A program made the position numbers and the translations under genes. Below, piece after piece: positions 22,600 through 24,000 of a stretch of DNA of 24,000 bases (position 1 is its first letter; the number at the start of each line of letters is the position of its first letter). The DNA is from Nitrososphaerota archaeon (GTDB lineage: Archaea; Thermoproteota; Nitrososphaeria_A; Caldarchaeales; Calditenuaceae). The notes beneath the pieces were generated by a model that was not told the origin of the DNA, ran no database searches, and saw only the letters and a list, made by a program, of their open reading frames with translations. The DNA is taken from NCBI GenBank assembly GCA_033581555.1, contig JAVQSZ010000005.1, positions 111,537 to 135,536 of the forward strand, written 5' to 3'.

Positions 22600-23603
22600 G
22601 TCCTCACGACCTTCAGCCAGTCCCTCATCCTTATCTTCATCCCGTACCGCTTCTCCCTCAGCTTCATGTGTATGAAGATCGAGATCAGCAGCCAGACGTC
22701 CGGTATCGTCCGGTACTCCCTCCTGAACTTCTTCCTGATGAACTGGAACGCGCGGTAATAGGGCATGAAGAACGACCTCAGGGCCTCCTCGTATTCCCCG
22801 AGCCTCGAATCCGAGAGCAGCTCGGTCAGTATCTCCGCGTTCTGCATCCCGGGGATGATGCCCTCCCCCAAGACGGGGTAGACCGCTCCGACGCTCTCAC
22901 CCACCCCGACGACCTTGTCGTCCCTCACTGGCATGGCCAGGTGCGGAGGCGTGATCCTCACCGGCCTCCCTACCGTCGCGAGGACCTCGCCCTCGTGCCT
23001 CGAGACGAACTCGTTCAGGACCTGGACGTGCCGCTTGTAGTAATCTCCGGCCCCGACGTGGGCCAGTCCGTCACCGAGAGGGAAGTACCACAGATACCCG
23101 GAGAGGGGCTTGAGGGGTCTGACGTAGAAGTCGTCGAGGGGCGGGTCCCTGTACTTCACGAGGTACTCGAGGCTCGGGATGAAGTAGTCCCTCTCGGGCC
23201 TCGGGAGGAGGGTCCTGTGGAACCCGGTCGCGTCCACGACCAGGTCGCCGTCGGGCCGGTCCGTCCTCCTCACCTCGGCGCCGTACAGCACCCTGATCCG
23301 TTTGTGCAGGTCCAGTATCAGCCTCCTCTTGTCGAAGGTGCAGAGGCCCTTGAGGGGGACCTCGACCACCCCGTGGCCCAAGTCTACGGCCATTCTCTTC
23401 CCCACGTGGAGCACGTACTCGTCGAACTCCAGGTCCACGGCCTCGAGGAGCCTACGCATCTCGTGGTAGCTGGTCCCCCAAGCGCAGACCGCCTTGAAGC
23501 TCTCCGGTTTCTGCCTCTCGAGGACGATGACCTCGTGCTCGTCCGAGAGCAGGTTCGCGAGGTAGCTCCCTACTATCCCGCCCCCCGCTATCGTGACCCT
23601 CAT
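22590..23603 (-). CDS. FAD-dependent oxidoreductase, geranylgeranyl reductase-like family
   Basis: N-terminal Rossmann dinucleotide motif MRVTIAGGGIVGSYLANLL..VIVLER, LVVDATG, and a later GESVGAVYPVLGEGI (GD/GE-x-A FAD motif). ATG 23603 lies ~27 nt downstream of TAATAAT (minus strand of 23627-23633). Confidence 0.75.
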   Translation of the reverse strand: MRVTIAGGGIVGSYLANLLSDEHEVIVLERQKPESFKAVCAWGTSYHEMRRLLEAVDLEFDEYVLHVGKRMAVDLGHGVVEVPLKGLCTFDKRRLILDLHKRIRVLYGAEVRRTDRPDGDLVVDATGFHRTLLPRPERDYFIPSLEYLVKYRDPPLDDFYVRPLKPLSGYLWYFPLGDGLAHVGAGDYYKRHVQVLNEFVSRHEGEVLATVGRPVRITPPHLAMPVRDDKVVGVGESVGAVYPVLGEGIIPGMQNAEILTELLSDSRLGEYEEALRSFFMPYYRAFQFIRKKFRREYRTIPDVWLLISIFIHMKLREKRYGMKIRMRDWLKVVRTYG

Positions 23604-23626
23604 CCGCCTCAGTTTGAGCTACGGCG

Positions 23627-23633
23627 ATTATTA
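23627..23633 (-). promoter_or_regulatory. TATA-like box for the oxidoreductase gene
   Basis: TAATAAT on the minus strand, 24-30 nt upstream of ATG 23603. Confidence 0.35.
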
Positions 23634-23694
23634 GGAGTGATACCTCGACAAGGGATCCGGGACGTGAAGCTGGGCTCGCCCACCCTCTCGTAGT

Positions 23695-24000
23695 TCAGCG
23701 GCCGTCCATCATCTTCGTGACCAGCCTCGAGACCTCGCGGAAGTCGTTCGCCACGAAGTGGGGCCTCGCGGTCTCTATGTCCTCGGGCCTCGCTAATCCT
23801 CCCAGCACCAGGATGACCGGGATGCCTATCGACCGGGCCGCGAGCACGTCGACCACCGAGTCCCCGACGTATAGGGAGCCGTTGATGGTCGAGCCGCAGA
23901 GCCTTATCGCCCTCAGGAGCATGTGGGGGTCTGGCTTCATCGACATCACGTCGTCCCTCGAGACCACGCACCTCACGTACTTCAGGACCCCGGCCATCTC
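23695..24000 (-). CDS. Partial CDS (N-terminus beyond right edge): HAD-superfamily hydrolase, phosphoglycolate phosphatase-like
   Basis: HAD motifs III/IV: KPDPHMLLRAIRLCG and LYVGDSVVDVLAARSIGIPVILV. The frame stays open to position 24000, so the ATG at 23997 is internal. Confidence 0.75.
   Translation of the reverse strand, partial: EMAGVLKYVRCVVSRDDVMSMKPDPHMLLRAIRLCGSTINGSLYVGDSVVDVLAARSIGIPVILVLGGLARPEDIETARPHFVANDFREVSRLVTKMMDGR

Noticed and set aside
22668-23693. 341-aa plus-strand ORF opposite the FAD-dependent oxidoreductase
   Set aside because: The minus-strand frame carries a clear Rossmann GGGIVGS motif and sensible composition. The plus-strand product is Pro/Arg/Glu/Val-rich shadow sequence.
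1-24000. CRISPR arrays, IS elements, rRNA genes, toxin-antitoxin or restriction-modification/defence genes
   Set aside because: I saw no regularly spaced repeats, terminal inverted repeats with a transposase, or rRNA-like sequence. The only methyltransferase is a small-molecule/O-MT-like class I enzyme without DNA-MTase motifs.

Overview
GC-rich archaeal chromosomal window. Third codon positions are mostly G/C, and ABCE1, SBDS and intron-bearing tRNAs are present. A/T-rich TATA-like boxes sit about 23-32 nt upstream of most start codons, which suggests largely leaderless transcription units. This looks Thermoproteota-like, but the lineage cannot be fixed from sequence alone. I support 21 protein-coding loci. 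Two are cut by the window edges, and one of those is absent from the supplied ORF track. I also support 3 tRNA genes (Leu-CAA with two introns, Ala-CGC with one intron, Arg-GCG) and one decayed DUF488 pseudogene. Most of the window is housekeeping: Nudix, Mrp/ApbC, MoaE, citramalate synthase, P-type ATPase, SBDS, a methyltransferase, ABCE1, MscS and ArgRS. The region worth a second look is about 16.0-22.3 kb. It starts with a ~490-bp non-coding, partly A/T-rich tract next to tRNA-Arg. A CstA-family transporter follows. Next is a promoter-bearing unit encoding a 90-aa hydrophobic protein with YbdD/YjiX-like motifs. That protein is translationally coupled to two tandem ArsA/Get3-like ATPases, one of which has naturally degenerate catalytic motifs. 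Three uncharacterised proteins follow, the last with a thioredoxin/ArsD-like pattern. This resembles an ArsA-ArsB-ArsD style ATP-coupled transport module rebuilt around CstA. That reading is a hypothesis from motifs and gene order, not a demonstrated function. Other notable points: the citramalate synthase has no canonical start codon upstream of its catalytic DTTLRDG motif, and a 322-bp convergent spacer contains hairpins. Many long ORFs in the track are antisense or wrong-frame shadow ORFs typical of GC-rich DNA and were rejected.
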